DNA of 64,000 bases, from contig WLXD01000003.1 of the NCBI GenBank assembly GCA_012103255.1, positions 14,576-78,575 on the forward strand, written 5' to 3'. Positions 36,543 to 47,436 of the stretch are shown here, in pieces. Made by a program: the position numbers and the translations under genes. The DNA comes from Acidobacteriota bacterium (GTDB lineage: Bacteria > Acidobacteriota > UBA890 > WLXD01). Numbering within the stretch: the stretch's first letter is position 1; every line of letters starts with the position of its first letter. The notes beneath the pieces are model-generated. The model had not been told where the DNA came from. It searched no databases and saw only the letters and a program-made list of their open reading frames with translations.

Positions 36543-38165
36543 ATGAAGACCTACAGAACCTTCGGCCCGCTTGGCCTGATTGTGCTGATCTTCGGCGTCC
36601 TGGCCGGTTCGATCACCGGCACGTGGACGTCGTTCTATGTGCTCGCCCACGTAATTCTGGGCGGCATGATGCTGGGCCTCTACCTGTTCACTCACGTGGA
36701 CACACTGCGCGACACCGTGAGCGGTCGTCAGGCCAAGTACGGCACGAACGCCGTCGTGTACACGCTCCTGACGCTCGGCGTGATCGTGGCCGTGAACTAC
36801 GTCGCCGCACAGCGCGAGTGGCGCGTCGATCTAACCGAGGAAGGGATCTTCTCCCTGGCGCCCCAAACCGTGCAGCTGCTGGAGTCGCTCGACGGAGAGG
36901 TGATGGTCACCGGCTTCTATCGCGAAGGCGAGGGAGGCGCGACCGGCGATCTACTCGAAAGCTATCGGGCCGCTTCAGCGCTCTTCGACTTCGAGATGGT
37001 CGATCCTGACAAGCGCCCGGAACTCGCCGAGCAATACGAAATCTCGCAGTACGGCACTCTTCATATCGCCGCCGGCGAAGACATCACTCGGATCACAGAG
37101 GTGTCCGAGGAACAGCTCACCAACACGCTGATGAGGCTCACGGCTGCTCAGCGTCGGGTGATCTATTACCTGACCGGTCACGGGGAGCCCGATATCACCG
37201 ATTCGTCCAACGTGGGCGGCATGGGGATTGCGGCGTCCGCTCTCGAGAATGAGGGCTATGACGTTCGCCCACTTGCTCTCGCCGGACTTCCCGACGTGCC
37301 TGCCGACGCAGATCTGCTCATGGTCGTGGCACCTGAGCGGCCGGTCCTGGAGCAGGAGATCGCGGCAATCGACCGGTTCATCGCACGCGGTGGCAAGACC
37401 CTCATGATGGTCGACCCTCAGCGTGGCGACGAGTTCCGTCCTCTACTCGCCAGTCGAGGCGTCACTCTCGGTGACGACATCGTCATCGAGCAGTTCGTGC
37501 AGCTCTTCGCCGGAGCTCAACTCGGGGTCGAACCGATCATCACGGACTACGGCACACACCCGATCACGGCGGGGTTCAGCGAGCGCACGATCTTCAACAT
37601 GGCGCGTTCGATCACTCTGTCGGCCGAAGCGCCCGCAGGCATCGATCTGCAGGAACTCGCGCGCACGAGTGCTAGCCCCAACTCATGGGGCGAGACGGAC
37701 ATACAACGTCTCTTCGAGAGCGGCGAGGTGCAGGAAGACGAGGGCGACCTGGCGGGTCCGATCGTGGTCGCTGCGGCTGCAACCATCGGGCGCGACGCAC
37801 TGCAGTGGACGGCATCAGCGGTTGCATCCGCACCGGCGGACGCAGAGGTGGTCCAGGCTGACCTCGCAGCAGGTGCCGAGGCCCCGCTCGATCTTGAAGG
37901 CCGTCTCGTTATCGTGGGCGACTCCGAGTGGGCCAACAACCGCTACATCGGCAACTTCTTCAACAGGGACCTCTTCCTGAACGCCGTGACCTGGCTCGCG
38001 GGCGAAGAAGAGATGATCTCGATCCGACCGCGACAGACACGATCTTCGAGCGTGATGCTCACCCAGCAAGAGAGCACGGCGGTCTTCTACCTCACGGTAC
38101 TTCTGCTGCCGGAACTCGTCCTCTTCGGCGGAATGTTCGTCTTCCTCGGCCGACGTAACCGGTAG
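36543..38165 (+). CDS. GldG-family ABC-transport auxiliary protein
   Basis: N-terminal TMs, RVDLTEEGIFSLAPQTVQLLESLDGEVMVTGFY, a large extracytoplasmic domain, and a C-terminal TM. Starts 2 nt after the permease stop. Confidence 0.7.
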   Translation: MKTYRTFGPLGLIVLIFGVLAGSITGTWTSFYVLAHVILGGMMLGLYLFTHVDTLRDTVSGRQAKYGTNAVVYTLLTLGVIVAVNYVAAQREWRVDLTEEGIFSLAPQTVQLLESLDGEVMVTGFYREGEGGATGDLLESYRAASALFDFEMVDPDKRPELAEQYEISQYGTLHIAAGEDITRITEVSEEQLTNTLMRLTAAQRRVIYYLTGHGEPDITDSSNVGGMGIAASALENEGYDVRPLALAGLPDVPADADLLMVVAPERPVLEQEIAAIDRFIARGGKTLMMVDPQRGDEFRPLLASRGVTLGDDIVIEQFVQLFAGAQLGVEPIITDYGTHPITAGFSERTIFNMARSITLSAEAPAGIDLQELARTSASPNSWGETDIQRLFESGEVQEDEGDLAGPIVVAAAATIGRDALQWTASAVASAPADAEVVQADLAAGAEAPLDLEGRLVIVGDSEWANNRYIGNFFNRDLFLNAVTWLAGEEEMISIRPRQTRSSSVMLTQQESTAVFYLTVLLLPELVLFGGMFVFLGRRNR

Positions 38166-38171
38166 GGACTC

Positions 38172-39968
38172 ATGCAGACACGCAACACCGTCCTCATGGC
38201 CCTCGCGCTGGTGGCGATCTCGGCCTTCGTCTACTTCTACGAGATCCGGGGCCGCGAGGCGCGGGAAGAAGCGGAACGCGTCGATGGCCTGCTTGTGCTC
38301 TTCGAAGGCGACGAGGTTACGGGGCTGACGCTGACCACGGAGGACGGGACCGTCACGGCGACGAAACAAGAAGCGGACTGGCAGATCACCGCGCCCGCTT
38401 CGGTGCCAGCCGACGCCAATGCGCTCGATGCCCTCGTTGAGGCTGCCGTCACGGCACAGCAACAGCGCATCATCGTGGAAGGCGCCGAGGACCTGGAGCC
38501 TTTCGGGTTGGACACGCCGTTCATCTCCCTTGTGATCGAGCGTGGTGACCTGGAATCACTCGAGATCCACATCGGCAACGAGACACCGGTCGGTGGCAGC
38601 GCCTACGCGGCGGTGGACGATTCGGGCACGGTGTATGCCGGCCCGGCGGCTTTGCGCAACAGCCTGAACAAGAGCCTCTTTGATCTCCGCGACAGAAGCG
38701 TGATGACCTTCGACAGCACCACGATCAACCGGGTGGAGCTCGAGAGCACCGATCTGACCGCCGCGCTCAACCGCGAGGACGGTGGCTGGAGCGCAGAGGC
38801 CCCGTTCGCCGGGCGCGCCGACGCCAGCGCGGTTGACTCGATGCTGCGCGCCGTCAGTTCCGCCGATGCCGCAGCGTTTGCGAGCGATGCTGTTGCCGAT
38901 GGTTCGCTCGAGGAATTCGGCCTCAACGAGCCGTACATGATCGCGACCTTCCGCGGCGCAGACGACTCTTCATTCGCCCTGCGGATCGGCGGCGAATCCA
39001 CCGACCCCGAAGGCTTCTACGCAATGCGCGAAGGCGGAGACTCGGTGTTCGTTGTCGCGACTGATCTCCTCGACGATTTCCCGTCCGATGCCGCCGCCTT
39101 GCGCAATCGACAGGTTGTTCCGGTCGATCGACAGCGAGTTGCCGAGATCACGATCGAACGACCCGGGCAATCCACTCTGCAAGTGGCGCGAATGGGCACC
39201 GAGTGGTCCATCACGCAGCCAAGCGCCGCCCAAGCAGACGCCGCGGCGGTCTCGAGGCTTCTTAGTGGCCTCGTAGGCCTACGCGCCGACGATTTCGGCA
39301 GCGCGGGCAATGCGTCCACTGCGACGATCCGTGTGGGACTCCGTGACGCCGGGGCCGATGCCGAGCCCATTGCCGAGACGATGACGATCGCGGTGGGCAG
39401 TCGCTCAACCCAACCCGGCGACGACGAGGGCTCTGAACCGACCGAGGTGATCGCAATGACGCCCGCCGGCGGCGACGCGGCCTTCCTGGTGGCAGCGGCT
39501 GAACTTGATGCCGTGCTCGTCGACCTCTTCGATATCCGCGACAAGACGCTAGTGGAATTCACACCCGACACGCTGGAAAGCCTCGACGTCACAGGGCCGG
39601 ACGGCACTCAGACGCGATTCACGCGCGGCGACGAGAGCTGGACGCTCGAGGGCGGCGATCTTGGCGACAACGACGTCGCGGACATCCTGTGGGACCTCAA
39701 CTACCTGAGCATGGTGTCCGTCGTTCGCGAGTGGAGCGACGCGGCGCCTGACCTGGACGAGTTCGGCCTCGCATCTCCGCGCTTCCATGTGATCGCGCGC
39801 GACGGCAACGGTATTGTGGCCGATGTCCGGATCGGCGCGGAAGTCGATGGCGACGGGGCGACGGCCACTAGCACGTACGCTCTGATCGGCGAGCAGCGTG
39901 CCGTGTATGAGATCAGTGCGACGCTTGCAGACGTCCTCGGCACCTTTCTCGAGGGGCTCGGCAGCTAG
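38172..39968 (+). CDS. DUF4340 domain-containing protein
   Basis: N-terminal TM, then repeated beta-rich modules (...DWQITAP..., ...EWSITQP..., ...ESWTLEGG...). This is the usual fourth gene after gldA/F/G-like genes. Confidence 0.55.
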   Translation: MQTRNTVLMALALVAISAFVYFYEIRGREAREEAERVDGLLVLFEGDEVTGLTLTTEDGTVTATKQEADWQITAPASVPADANALDALVEAAVTAQQQRIIVEGAEDLEPFGLDTPFISLVIERGDLESLEIHIGNETPVGGSAYAAVDDSGTVYAGPAALRNSLNKSLFDLRDRSVMTFDSTTINRVELESTDLTAALNREDGGWSAEAPFAGRADASAVDSMLRAVSSADAAAFASDAVADGSLEEFGLNEPYMIATFRGADDSSFALRIGGESTDPEGFYAMREGGDSVFVVATDLLDDFPSDAAALRNRQVVPVDRQRVAEITIERPGQSTLQVARMGTEWSITQPSAAQADAAAVSRLLSGLVGLRADDFGSAGNASTATIRVGLRDAGADAEPIAETMTIAVGSRSTQPGDDEGSEPTEVIAMTPAGGDAAFLVAAAELDAVLVDLFDIRDKTLVEFTPDTLESLDVTGPDGTQTRFTRGDESWTLEGGDLGDNDVADILWDLNYLSMVSVVREWSDAAPDLDEFGLASPRFHVIARDGNGIVADVRIGAEVDGDGATATSTYALIGEQRAVYEISATLADVLGTFLEGLGS

Positions 39969-40036
39969 GAGCCTCTTGCACGCAGGACGTGCTATCGAGT
40001 AGCGTCGCCCGCACCTGACCAAACCGGGGTGCGCCA

Positions 40037-42046
40037 TTGAACGAGTCCGAACCGCGTCGTCGCAAGCATCAGCCCGTCGTTCCCGCGTCGGTCACTCTGC
40101 CCGAGATCACCGTCAAGGCGATACTCCTGGGCATCATGCTGTCCGTACTTCTCGGCGGCGCGAACGCCTACCTGGGCCTGTTTGCCGGAATGACCGTTTC
40201 CGCGTCGATTCCCGCAGCAGTGATGTCGATGGCCGTGCTCCGCGCATTCCGCAGCTCGAACATCCTCGAGAACAATCTGGTTCAGACCGCGGCGTCGGCC
40301 GGTGAGTCGCTCGCGGCCGGCGTGATCTTCACGATTCCGGCGCTAGTGCTCATGGGGCACTGGGCTCAGTTCGACTACTGGCAGGTCACCGCCATCGCCG
40401 GCGTTGGCGGTGTTATCGGCGTTCTGTTCACGATTCCCCTGCGACGAGCCCTCGTTGTCGAGGAAGACCTGAGGTTCCCCGAGGGGGTGGCGACGGCAGA
40501 GGTGCTGAAAACCGGTGGCATCGCGCGCGGCAAGGATCTGGAAGCCGCGGGCGACCTCGCTGACACCAAGCAGGATGAATCCGTTCAGCGCCGTAACTTC
40601 CGTACGCTCGGACTCGCCGGCCTGGCGGGCGGCCTAATGAAGTTCGGCGAAACCGGAATGGGACTCTGGAGCAACCCGCTCGAATGGGGAACGCGATTGC
40701 TCGGCACCATCTGGGTAGTGGGCATCAACCTGTCGCCAGCGCTTGTCGCCGTGGGCTACATCGTCGGCCTCAACATCGCCGTGTCGGTCTTCGCAGGCGG
40801 AGCGCTAGCCTGGCTCGTCGCAATCCCCATTTACGTATGGACGACGGGCCTCCCGGATGGCGACGTCGTCAGCGCCGCGGGGACGATCTGGTCGACCCAG
40901 ATTCGCTATCTCGGAGTAGGAGCGATGGTGGTTGGCGGCCTGTGGGCGCTTATCAACCTGCTCGAGCCCGTGCGCCGCGGCATCGCTTCCGGCATGGCGG
41001 CATACCGGGCCGGTCGTGCGAAGGGCGGAGCGAGCGTCCCGCGCACCGAGCAGGACGCGCCGATGAGCCCTGTGCTCATCGCCACCGCACTCGGCGTGGT
41101 TCCCATGTTCGCGCTCTACCAGCTGGTTCTGGACAACATCGGTGTGGCTGCGTTCCTGGCCGTCGTGATGTTGTGCGCAGGGTTCTTCTTTGCTGCGATC
41201 GCCGGCTACATGGCTGGACTGGTGGGCTCGTCGAACAACCCGATCTCGGGCGTGACCATCTCTACTCTGCTGTTCGCCGCAGGGTTGCTCTTGCTGCTCA
41301 CTGGAGCCGACAATCCGGCCGGCCCGGCCGCCGCGCTGTTCGTAGGGGCCATGGTCGCTTGTGCGGCTGCGATCTCCGGCGACACCATGCAGGACCTGAA
41401 AGCCGGCCACATCGTCGGCGCCACGCCATGGCGGCAGCAGATCATGGAACTCGTGGGCGTCCTTTCGTCTGCGCTCGTGATGGCCCCGGTTCTTTACTTG
41501 CTGCAAGCACGCTACGGGATTGGAGCGCCGACGCTCGAACAACCTGACTCGCTCACCGCCCCGCAGGCCACGCTGATGGCATCCGTGGCGACAGGCGTCT
41601 TCCAGGGAGGCCTTCCCTGGATGATGGTGATCCTTGGTGGGCTGATAGCCGTCGCTATCATCGCCTACGACAAGGTTCTGGAAGCACGCGGCTCCACCTT
41701 CCGCGCCCCGGTGCTCGCCGTCGCCGTCGGCATCTACCTCCCGCTCGAACTGTCGACGTCCATCTTCATCGGCGGCTTGATCTGGTGGGCTGCTCAGCGC
41801 AAGACCCCGCGCGAAGGCGAGGGGCACTCCCTACGCGGTCTACTTCTCGCTTCGGGCTTGATCACGGGCGAAGCGTTGGTGGGGATCCTGCTAGCTCTCC
41901 CGATCGCGCTCGCAGGATGGTCGGCTTTCTTCTCGCCGACCATGTTCGAGGTGTTCCCCGCCCCACCGATCGGCGGATGGCCCGGACTCGCTGTACTCGT
42001 TGGCCTGTCCTGGTGGCTCTACAGGGCGGCCGCGGAACCCGACTGA
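40037..42046 (+). CDS. OPT-family oligopeptide transporter
   Basis: ITVKAILLGIMLSVLLGGANAYLGLFAGMTVSASIPAAVMSMAVLR and about 16 TMs. TTG start. Confidence 0.8.
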   Translation: MNESEPRRRKHQPVVPASVTLPEITVKAILLGIMLSVLLGGANAYLGLFAGMTVSASIPAAVMSMAVLRAFRSSNILENNLVQTAASAGESLAAGVIFTIPALVLMGHWAQFDYWQVTAIAGVGGVIGVLFTIPLRRALVVEEDLRFPEGVATAEVLKTGGIARGKDLEAAGDLADTKQDESVQRRNFRTLGLAGLAGGLMKFGETGMGLWSNPLEWGTRLLGTIWVVGINLSPALVAVGYIVGLNIAVSVFAGGALAWLVAIPIYVWTTGLPDGDVVSAAGTIWSTQIRYLGVGAMVVGGLWALINLLEPVRRGIASGMAAYRAGRAKGGASVPRTEQDAPMSPVLIATALGVVPMFALYQLVLDNIGVAAFLAVVMLCAGFFFAAIAGYMAGLVGSSNNPISGVTISTLLFAAGLLLLLTGADNPAGPAAALFVGAMVACAAAISGDTMQDLKAGHIVGATPWRQQIMELVGVLSSALVMAPVLYLLQARYGIGAPTLEQPDSLTAPQATLMASVATGVFQGGLPWMMVILGGLIAVAIIAYDKVLEARGSTFRAPVLAVAVGIYLPLELSTSIFIGGLIWWAAQRKTPREGEGHSLRGLLLASGLITGEALVGILLALPIALAGWSAFFSPTMFEVFPAPPIGGWPGLAVLVGLSWWLYRAAAEPD

Positions 42047-42059
42047 TCCGGTCTAGCTC

Positions 42060-43253
42060 GTGCCTCGCGTGACTGCTGCTGAGAACGAAGTCGACCAGCC
42101 ATCGGTTCGGGTCTCGCGCAATGTTCGTGTGTTGGGCGGCGTGAGTTTTCTCACCGACACCAGCAGCGAGATGCTGTATCCAGTAATCCCGCTGTACCTC
42201 ACCGAGGTGCTGTTGGCTCCAGTCGGCGTAGTCGGGATCGTCGAGGGCATCGCCGAGGCCACTGCGAGCGTGATGAAGGGAGTCTCCGGGCGTCTCGCCG
42301 ATCGGGCGCCCCGCCGGCTCCCCTTCGTGTACGTCGGCTACGGTCTTGCAGCCCTGGCCAAGCCGCTGCTTGCCGTCACCGCGTCGTGGCACGGAGTGCT
42401 CGCCGCCCGACTCATCGACCGCACGGGGAAAGGGATCCGCGGCCCTGCCCGGGACGGATTGATCTCGGATTCAACGGCCGCCGATCAACGTGGGGCAGCC
42501 TATGGGTGGCACAAGGGCACGGATACGCTCGGTGCGGTGGCCGGGCCGCTGATCGGACTGGGGTTGCTCACTCTCGGCATGAGCTACACGTCGCTTTTCC
42601 TGCTCGCGACGGCGCCGGCTGCGCTCGGTGTGCTGCTTCTCTCAGCGGTACGCGAGCCGCAGCGCGACCCACCACCTGTCACACCACGCGTCCATTCAGC
42701 GGCCCCGCGCGACTTGAGACGCTTCCTGGTGGTGATGGCGATCTTCGCCGTGGGCAACTCGAGCAACGCGTTCTTGCTCCTTCGTGCCCGGGATCTCGGC
42801 TGGTCGCCGACGGGCGTGATCCTCCTCTATGTCGGCTTCAACGTCGCCTACGCGCTGATCGCGTCGCCGGCCGGCAAACTATCGGATCGCATCGGACGGC
42901 GCCGCGTCCTCCTCACGGGACTGGTCGCTTCGACGCTCGTCTACGCGGGGTTCGCAATCGCCGACTCCTACTTCTGGGCCGCCATTCTTCTGCCCCTCTA
43001 TGGTGCGTACGCCGGAGCGTTTGGTGGGGCAGGCCGAGCGCTGGTGGCGGATCTCGCTCCGCACGACGGCCTCGCGGGTGCGATGGGCAACTACCAACTG
43101 GTAAGCGGACTGGGCGCGCTGGCCGCGAGTTTGGTTGCCGGTGCGTTATGGGCCGCCTATGGACCAGCCGCACCGTTCGTCTACGGCGCTGCTACTTCCG
43201 CCATCGCGACCGTCGGCCTCGTGGCTGCGATCCCGTCCACGCGCAACGCTTAG
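42060..43253 (+). CDS. MFS transporter
   Basis: 12-TM pattern. LSDRIGRRRVLLTGL loop motif. GTG start. Confidence 0.75.
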   Translation: MPRVTAAENEVDQPSVRVSRNVRVLGGVSFLTDTSSEMLYPVIPLYLTEVLLAPVGVVGIVEGIAEATASVMKGVSGRLADRAPRRLPFVYVGYGLAALAKPLLAVTASWHGVLAARLIDRTGKGIRGPARDGLISDSTAADQRGAAYGWHKGTDTLGAVAGPLIGLGLLTLGMSYTSLFLLATAPAALGVLLLSAVREPQRDPPPVTPRVHSAAPRDLRRFLVVMAIFAVGNSSNAFLLLRARDLGWSPTGVILLYVGFNVAYALIASPAGKLSDRIGRRRVLLTGLVASTLVYAGFAIADSYFWAAILLPLYGAYAGAFGGAGRALVADLAPHDGLAGAMGNYQLVSGLGALAASLVAGALWAAYGPAAPFVYGAATSAIATVGLVAAIPSTRNA

Positions 43254-44719
43254 TCGGAAACCGCAGGGAACGCCTTCAGTACCTCGCGCACGAGGTCCCA
43301 GCGATTGAACCCCTGTCTGCCCCAATCGAGGCCGCGTCGCACGATCACAAGGTCATGCGAAGGGACTACGATCACGAACTGGCCGCGATTCCCCGCAGTC
43401 GAGTAGGCATCCGTGGGCACGTCATCTCGATCATCAGGAACGAGCCACCACTGTCCACCATAGAAGTTGCCGTTCTCGGCCGTGGACGGCGCCGGCGTGC
43501 GGGTGAACTCGATCCACTCCTCGGAGAGAAGTCGCTCCCCGTTCCATGTTCCACCGTTGAGGTAGAGCAACCCGAAGCGCGCCAGGTCGCGAGCATTTGT
43601 GTAGACCTGGCTGCTGAAGATGAAGTCACCGAACCGGTCGACACTGGCCAACGTGCTTCGCATCCCGATCCGGTCGAAGAGAGCGCGGCGTGGGAACTCC
43701 AGGTACTCCTGGGGATCGCCGATCACCTGCTTCATCGCGTAGACGGCGAGCAGAGTGTCGTAGTTCTCGTAGTCCCAGAACGTACCGGGCTGATGAATCA
43801 GCCCCCGATCGCGGGCTCCGTTCACCGATGATGCACCCGCCCAGTAGGCGAGGCCGGAGCCGGTGGCATACTCCATCCCGCGACTGTCCACGGTGTAGAG
43901 ACCGCTCTCCATGTTGAGCGCATGGCGGAGCGTGATCGCGTTGCGTGGATCGTCCTCCGGCTGGCGCGTTGCCGGTAGCCAGTCGAATCCGAGAGGGGCG
44001 TCGAGGTCCAGGTACCCATCGTCCGCGAGCATGCCGATCAGCGTGACCGCGATGCTCTTGGCAGTCGACCAGGTACGGGTCCGGGTGGTCATGTCCACGC
44101 CATCGGCGTATCGCTCGAGCACGATATTGCCGCGGTGAACGACGAGGAGGCTCAGGGTGTCCTGCTCCGGCGACGGCCGCTCGAACGCCCAGTCCGACAC
44201 CGCTGCGAGCGCCGACCCGTCTACATCGGACGGAAGCGGGACCTCCGGAGTGAGGTCACCATCCGGCCACGCCATGGTGGCCGCATCGCCCGGAGCGTCC
44301 GGAAGTTCCAACGCCGGCAGCGCGTCGATATCCTCGAACGTCTGATCGGGCGCCAGGATCACGCAGCCGAGTCCATCGCGAAACGCCGCACGCATCACGG
44401 GCGTGCCGCCCGGGGCGCCAACGGCTACAGCCTGGCGATCCCAGTCGACCTCATAGTCACCGCCTCGCGGCGTTCCCACAGGCCCGCTGAACCGCGGCGG
44501 TGCCAGGTAGGCGAGCTCCTGGGCAAAAACCTGCTCGATCGTGCGGTTCGAGGTGAAAAGCCCGTTGCACATCAGAATGGCCTGAACACCGTTCTGCACC
44601 ATCTGGCGATCGAATGCGAAGTAGTCGTACGACTCGTCTTGCTCCTGAGACAGGCCCGGCGCAGGCACTGCCGCCAGCGCAATCAGTCCAATGGAAACAA
44701 CGACTATGAAGCGCCTCAT
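43250..44719 (-). CDS. exported serine hydrolase (class C beta-lactamase/PBP-related)
   Basis: Signal peptide. SxxK in TWSTAKSIAVTLIGML. YxN in WDYENYD. Confidence 0.75.
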   Translation of the reverse strand: MRRFIVVVSIGLIALAAVPAPGLSQEQDESYDYFAFDRQMVQNGVQAILMCNGLFTSNRTIEQVFAQELAYLAPPRFSGPVGTPRGGDYEVDWDRQAVAVGAPGGTPVMRAAFRDGLGCVILAPDQTFEDIDALPALELPDAPGDAATMAWPDGDLTPEVPLPSDVDGSALAAVSDWAFERPSPEQDTLSLLVVHRGNIVLERYADGVDMTTRTRTWSTAKSIAVTLIGMLADDGYLDLDAPLGFDWLPATRQPEDDPRNAITLRHALNMESGLYTVDSRGMEYATGSGLAYWAGASSVNGARDRGLIHQPGTFWDYENYDTLLAVYAMKQVIGDPQEYLEFPRRALFDRIGMRSTLASVDRFGDFIFSSQVYTNARDLARFGLLYLNGGTWNGERLLSEEWIEFTRTPAPSTAENGNFYGGQWWLVPDDRDDVPTDAYSTAGNRGQFVIVVPSHDLVIVRRGLDWGRQGFNRWDLVREVLKAFPAVSD

Positions 44720-44832
44720 ACGATCTCCCCAGATGCGGTTGCAGGAGGGGCGATTCTATAGCGGCGAAGCCCCGGCTGGCGCGGCTACCTGGGTAGGCGG
44801 CACCTCGCAGAGCACACTCGCCCCCCGCGCGG

Positions 44833-47436
44833 CTAGTCTGGCCGTAGCGCTTCCACGGGACTCACCCGAGTTGCACGGCGTCCAGGGCGCCAGCAACCGA
44901 GCAGGCCAGCCATCGTGAGAGCTCCGGCGGCCAACGCCAGAGCCAAGGGATCGGTGCCGGAGACCTCGTAGGCGAAGGCGGACAACCAGCGTCCTACCCA
45001 AACAGCGCCCAGGGCTCCCAGGGTGATCCCCAGCGCGACGCGCCCGAGCCCTTGGAACATCAACTCACGCAGCACGCGACGTCGACTAGCCCCCAGCGCC
45101 ATGCGGACCCCGATCTCATACCGCTGTCCGGCCACCAGGTGAGCGCTCAACCCATAGATCCCCACGCCGGCCAGCACGAGCGCGATTGCGCCTAGGACTG
45201 CCAGAAAACCGGCTCGGAGCCGGTAGCTCCCCAGCGACCGTTGCAGATGGTCATCCAGGGTCGCGACCGCCTCAAGAGGTAGTTGCGGATCGATCTCGTG
45301 CACGACGTCGCGGACCAACGCGAGAGTGGTATCCGCCGGCCGCTCGCTGTCGACCACGTAGCTCATGAATCGCGTCGGTCGCTGCAGGAACGGAACGTAG
45401 ACCGTGGGCAGCGGCATCCGACTGAGGCCGGCCCCGCGCACGTCTCCCGTCACGCCGACAACGCGGCGCTCGGCGCCAAAATGAATGATCGTCTTGCCAA
45501 CGGGCGACTGGCCAGGCCAGGCGGCACTCGCCAGCGTTTGGTTGACGATCGCCACCGGGGGCGTGTCGAAGGAGTCACCGGATTGGAACCGAGTGCCCTC
45601 CAAGATCGGGATACCAACGGCCTCGAAATAGTCTCCCAGCACGCCGCGCAGCTGCGCCGATGGCGAGTCAGGCTCGATCGATCTGCCATCGACTGCGTAC
45701 CGATCTCCGAGACTGCCGTTGCCGAACGGCAATACGGCCGTGGCCCCGACTGCCGTTACACCCGGCAACGATCGCAGTCCGCCGTCGAGCGCCGCGTGCA
45801 GCCGCATGACCTCCGCCCCGCCGGCGTACCTCGATCCCGGGAGGGTCAGCCTGAACGTCGCCACGCCGGTCGAATCCAGACCTGGATCGACACGCTCCAA
45901 CGCCCACAGGCTACGGAGCAAAACCGCGGCGCCGAACAGCAGAACGAATGTGACTGCCATCTGCCCCACGAGCAGCGTCCCGGAGCGTCGGGAAGATCCG
46001 CTCTTGCCTGTCGATGAAAAAGTAGCGACCCCTTGAGTCGAGCCGCGCATTGCTGGCCCAACCCCGACGATGACTGCCGCCGCAACCGCGAGCACGACCG
46101 CCGCGACGGCGGTAGCCAGGGAGAGGCCGAGGGTATCGAGTCGCGGCAACGGGAGGCCCTGCGCCCCGGACCCCACACGAATGAAGATCGCGCACAGCGC
46201 CACTCCTAACAGTGCACCAAGCGCCCCGAGCACCAGGCTCTCTGTCATGAGGTAGCGGAGTAGACGGCCCCGACCAGCGCCAAGCGCACGTCTGACTGCC
46301 ATCTCCGTAGCGCGCTCAGCAGAGACCGCGTGGGTCAGGTGGGCCGTGTTGGCGGCAGTCACCAGGAAGACCAGAGCGGCGGCACCCAGGAAAAGAGAGA
46401 GGACGGCTCGCGAGCCACCCGTCACGTGCTCATGCAGGCTGATGAGCCGAACGCTGCGATCCGCGTTGCTGTCGGGGTGGGCTGCCGCCAACCTCGCGGC
46501 AATGGTGTTCATCTCATCTTGCGCGACCGCCGGGAGCGTATTCGAGTGAAGCCGACCGATAGCCGTGAGCGACCGCGATCCGCGATGAGCGCCTGCCTCG
46601 ATCGGCACCCAGAACTCCGTGTCACTTGGGAACCTCAACGAGGCGCCCTCTACGACACCGACGAGCGTGTATACGTTCTCGCCCAGGCGAACCGTACTCC
46701 CGATCGCGGCCGCATCTGCAGCGAACCGACGGCGCCACGCGCCCTCCTCGACCAAGGCGACCCGACCATCGGCAGCGAACTCACCTGCTGTCGGGAGCCT
46801 GCCCGCGACGGTTCGCGCCCCTAGCGTCGCGAAGAAGTCCGACGTCACGCGCCCGATCCGGACCAGGTCGGGCTCGACCTCCCCGCCGAGCTCGACGCGT
46901 TCGGAGTTGAACGCGGCCACTCCGGTCCAACTGGAACTCGAACGTCGCCAGTCCTCCAGGTCCGGCGCGCTGGCGTTGCCGAATCGAGTGTCCTCGCCTT
47001 CGACGGTGCCCCAGAGAACGAATAGCTGCTCCGGCTCCGGAAACGGAAGCGGCCGAAGAACCACACCGTCCACGACCGTCAGCAGAGCCGTCAGAGTTCC
47101 GATGCCAATCGCGAGCGAGAGCACTGCCGTCGCGGTGTGTGCCGGCCGACGCCGCAATACCCGGACAGCGTGTCGTAGATCCGTCGCAAAATCGAGTATC
47201 GGCCGAACCCCAGTGGCATCACGGACTTCTTCACGCACCTTCGAGGGTCTGCCAAATTGGATCTCAGCGCGTTTCCGAGCAGCTTCCGGAGAGAGTCCCT
47301 GGCGCCGATACCGTTGTTCGAGCTGTTCGAGATGAAACGCCATCTCATCGTCCAGCTCACGCCTGCGGCGCCTTCCGGAGAGAAGCTGTAGCGCACGCTC
47401 CCCGACGCCCCGTAACCATCCGCTCAGTCGCATCAC
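44833..47436 (-). CDS. ADOP-type duplicated MacB-like/FtsX permease with N-terminal prefix domain
   Basis: Prefix ELDDEMAFHLEQLEQRYRRQGLSPEAARKRAEIQFG, then two modules (TM + periplasmic domain + FtsX). Ends ...VSPVEALRPD. 4-nt overlap with the upstream PadR gene. Confidence 0.85.
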   Translation of the reverse strand: MMRLSGWLRGVGERALQLLSGRRRRRELDDEMAFHLEQLEQRYRRQGLSPEAARKRAEIQFGRPSKVREEVRDATGVRPILDFATDLRHAVRVLRRRPAHTATAVLSLAIGIGTLTALLTVVDGVVLRPLPFPEPEQLFVLWGTVEGEDTRFGNASAPDLEDWRRSSSSWTGVAAFNSERVELGGEVEPDLVRIGRVTSDFFATLGARTVAGRLPTAGEFAADGRVALVEEGAWRRRFAADAAAIGSTVRLGENVYTLVGVVEGASLRFPSDTEFWVPIEAGAHRGSRSLTAIGRLHSNTLPAVAQDEMNTIAARLAAAHPDSNADRSVRLISLHEHVTGGSRAVLSLFLGAAALVFLVTAANTAHLTHAVSAERATEMAVRRALGAGRGRLLRYLMTESLVLGALGALLGVALCAIFIRVGSGAQGLPLPRLDTLGLSLATAVAAVVLAVAAAVIVGVGPAMRGSTQGVATFSSTGKSGSSRRSGTLLVGQMAVTFVLLFGAAVLLRSLWALERVDPGLDSTGVATFRLTLPGSRYAGGAEVMRLHAALDGGLRSLPGVTAVGATAVLPFGNGSLGDRYAVDGRSIEPDSPSAQLRGVLGDYFEAVGIPILEGTRFQSGDSFDTPPVAIVNQTLASAAWPGQSPVGKTIIHFGAERRVVGVTGDVRGAGLSRMPLPTVYVPFLQRPTRFMSYVVDSERPADTTLALVRDVVHEIDPQLPLEAVATLDDHLQRSLGSYRLRAGFLAVLGAIALVLAGVGIYGLSAHLVAGQRYEIGVRMALGASRRRVLRELMFQGLGRVALGITLGALGAVWVGRWLSAFAYEVSGTDPLALALAAGALTMAGLLGCWRPGRRATRVSPVEALRPD

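Noticed and set aside
40805-43831. ORFs 40805..41827 (-), 40684..41547 (+) and 42386..43831 (+)
   Set aside because: These are shadow frames of the OPT, MFS and serine hydrolase genes, with highly Arg/Gly/His-rich products.
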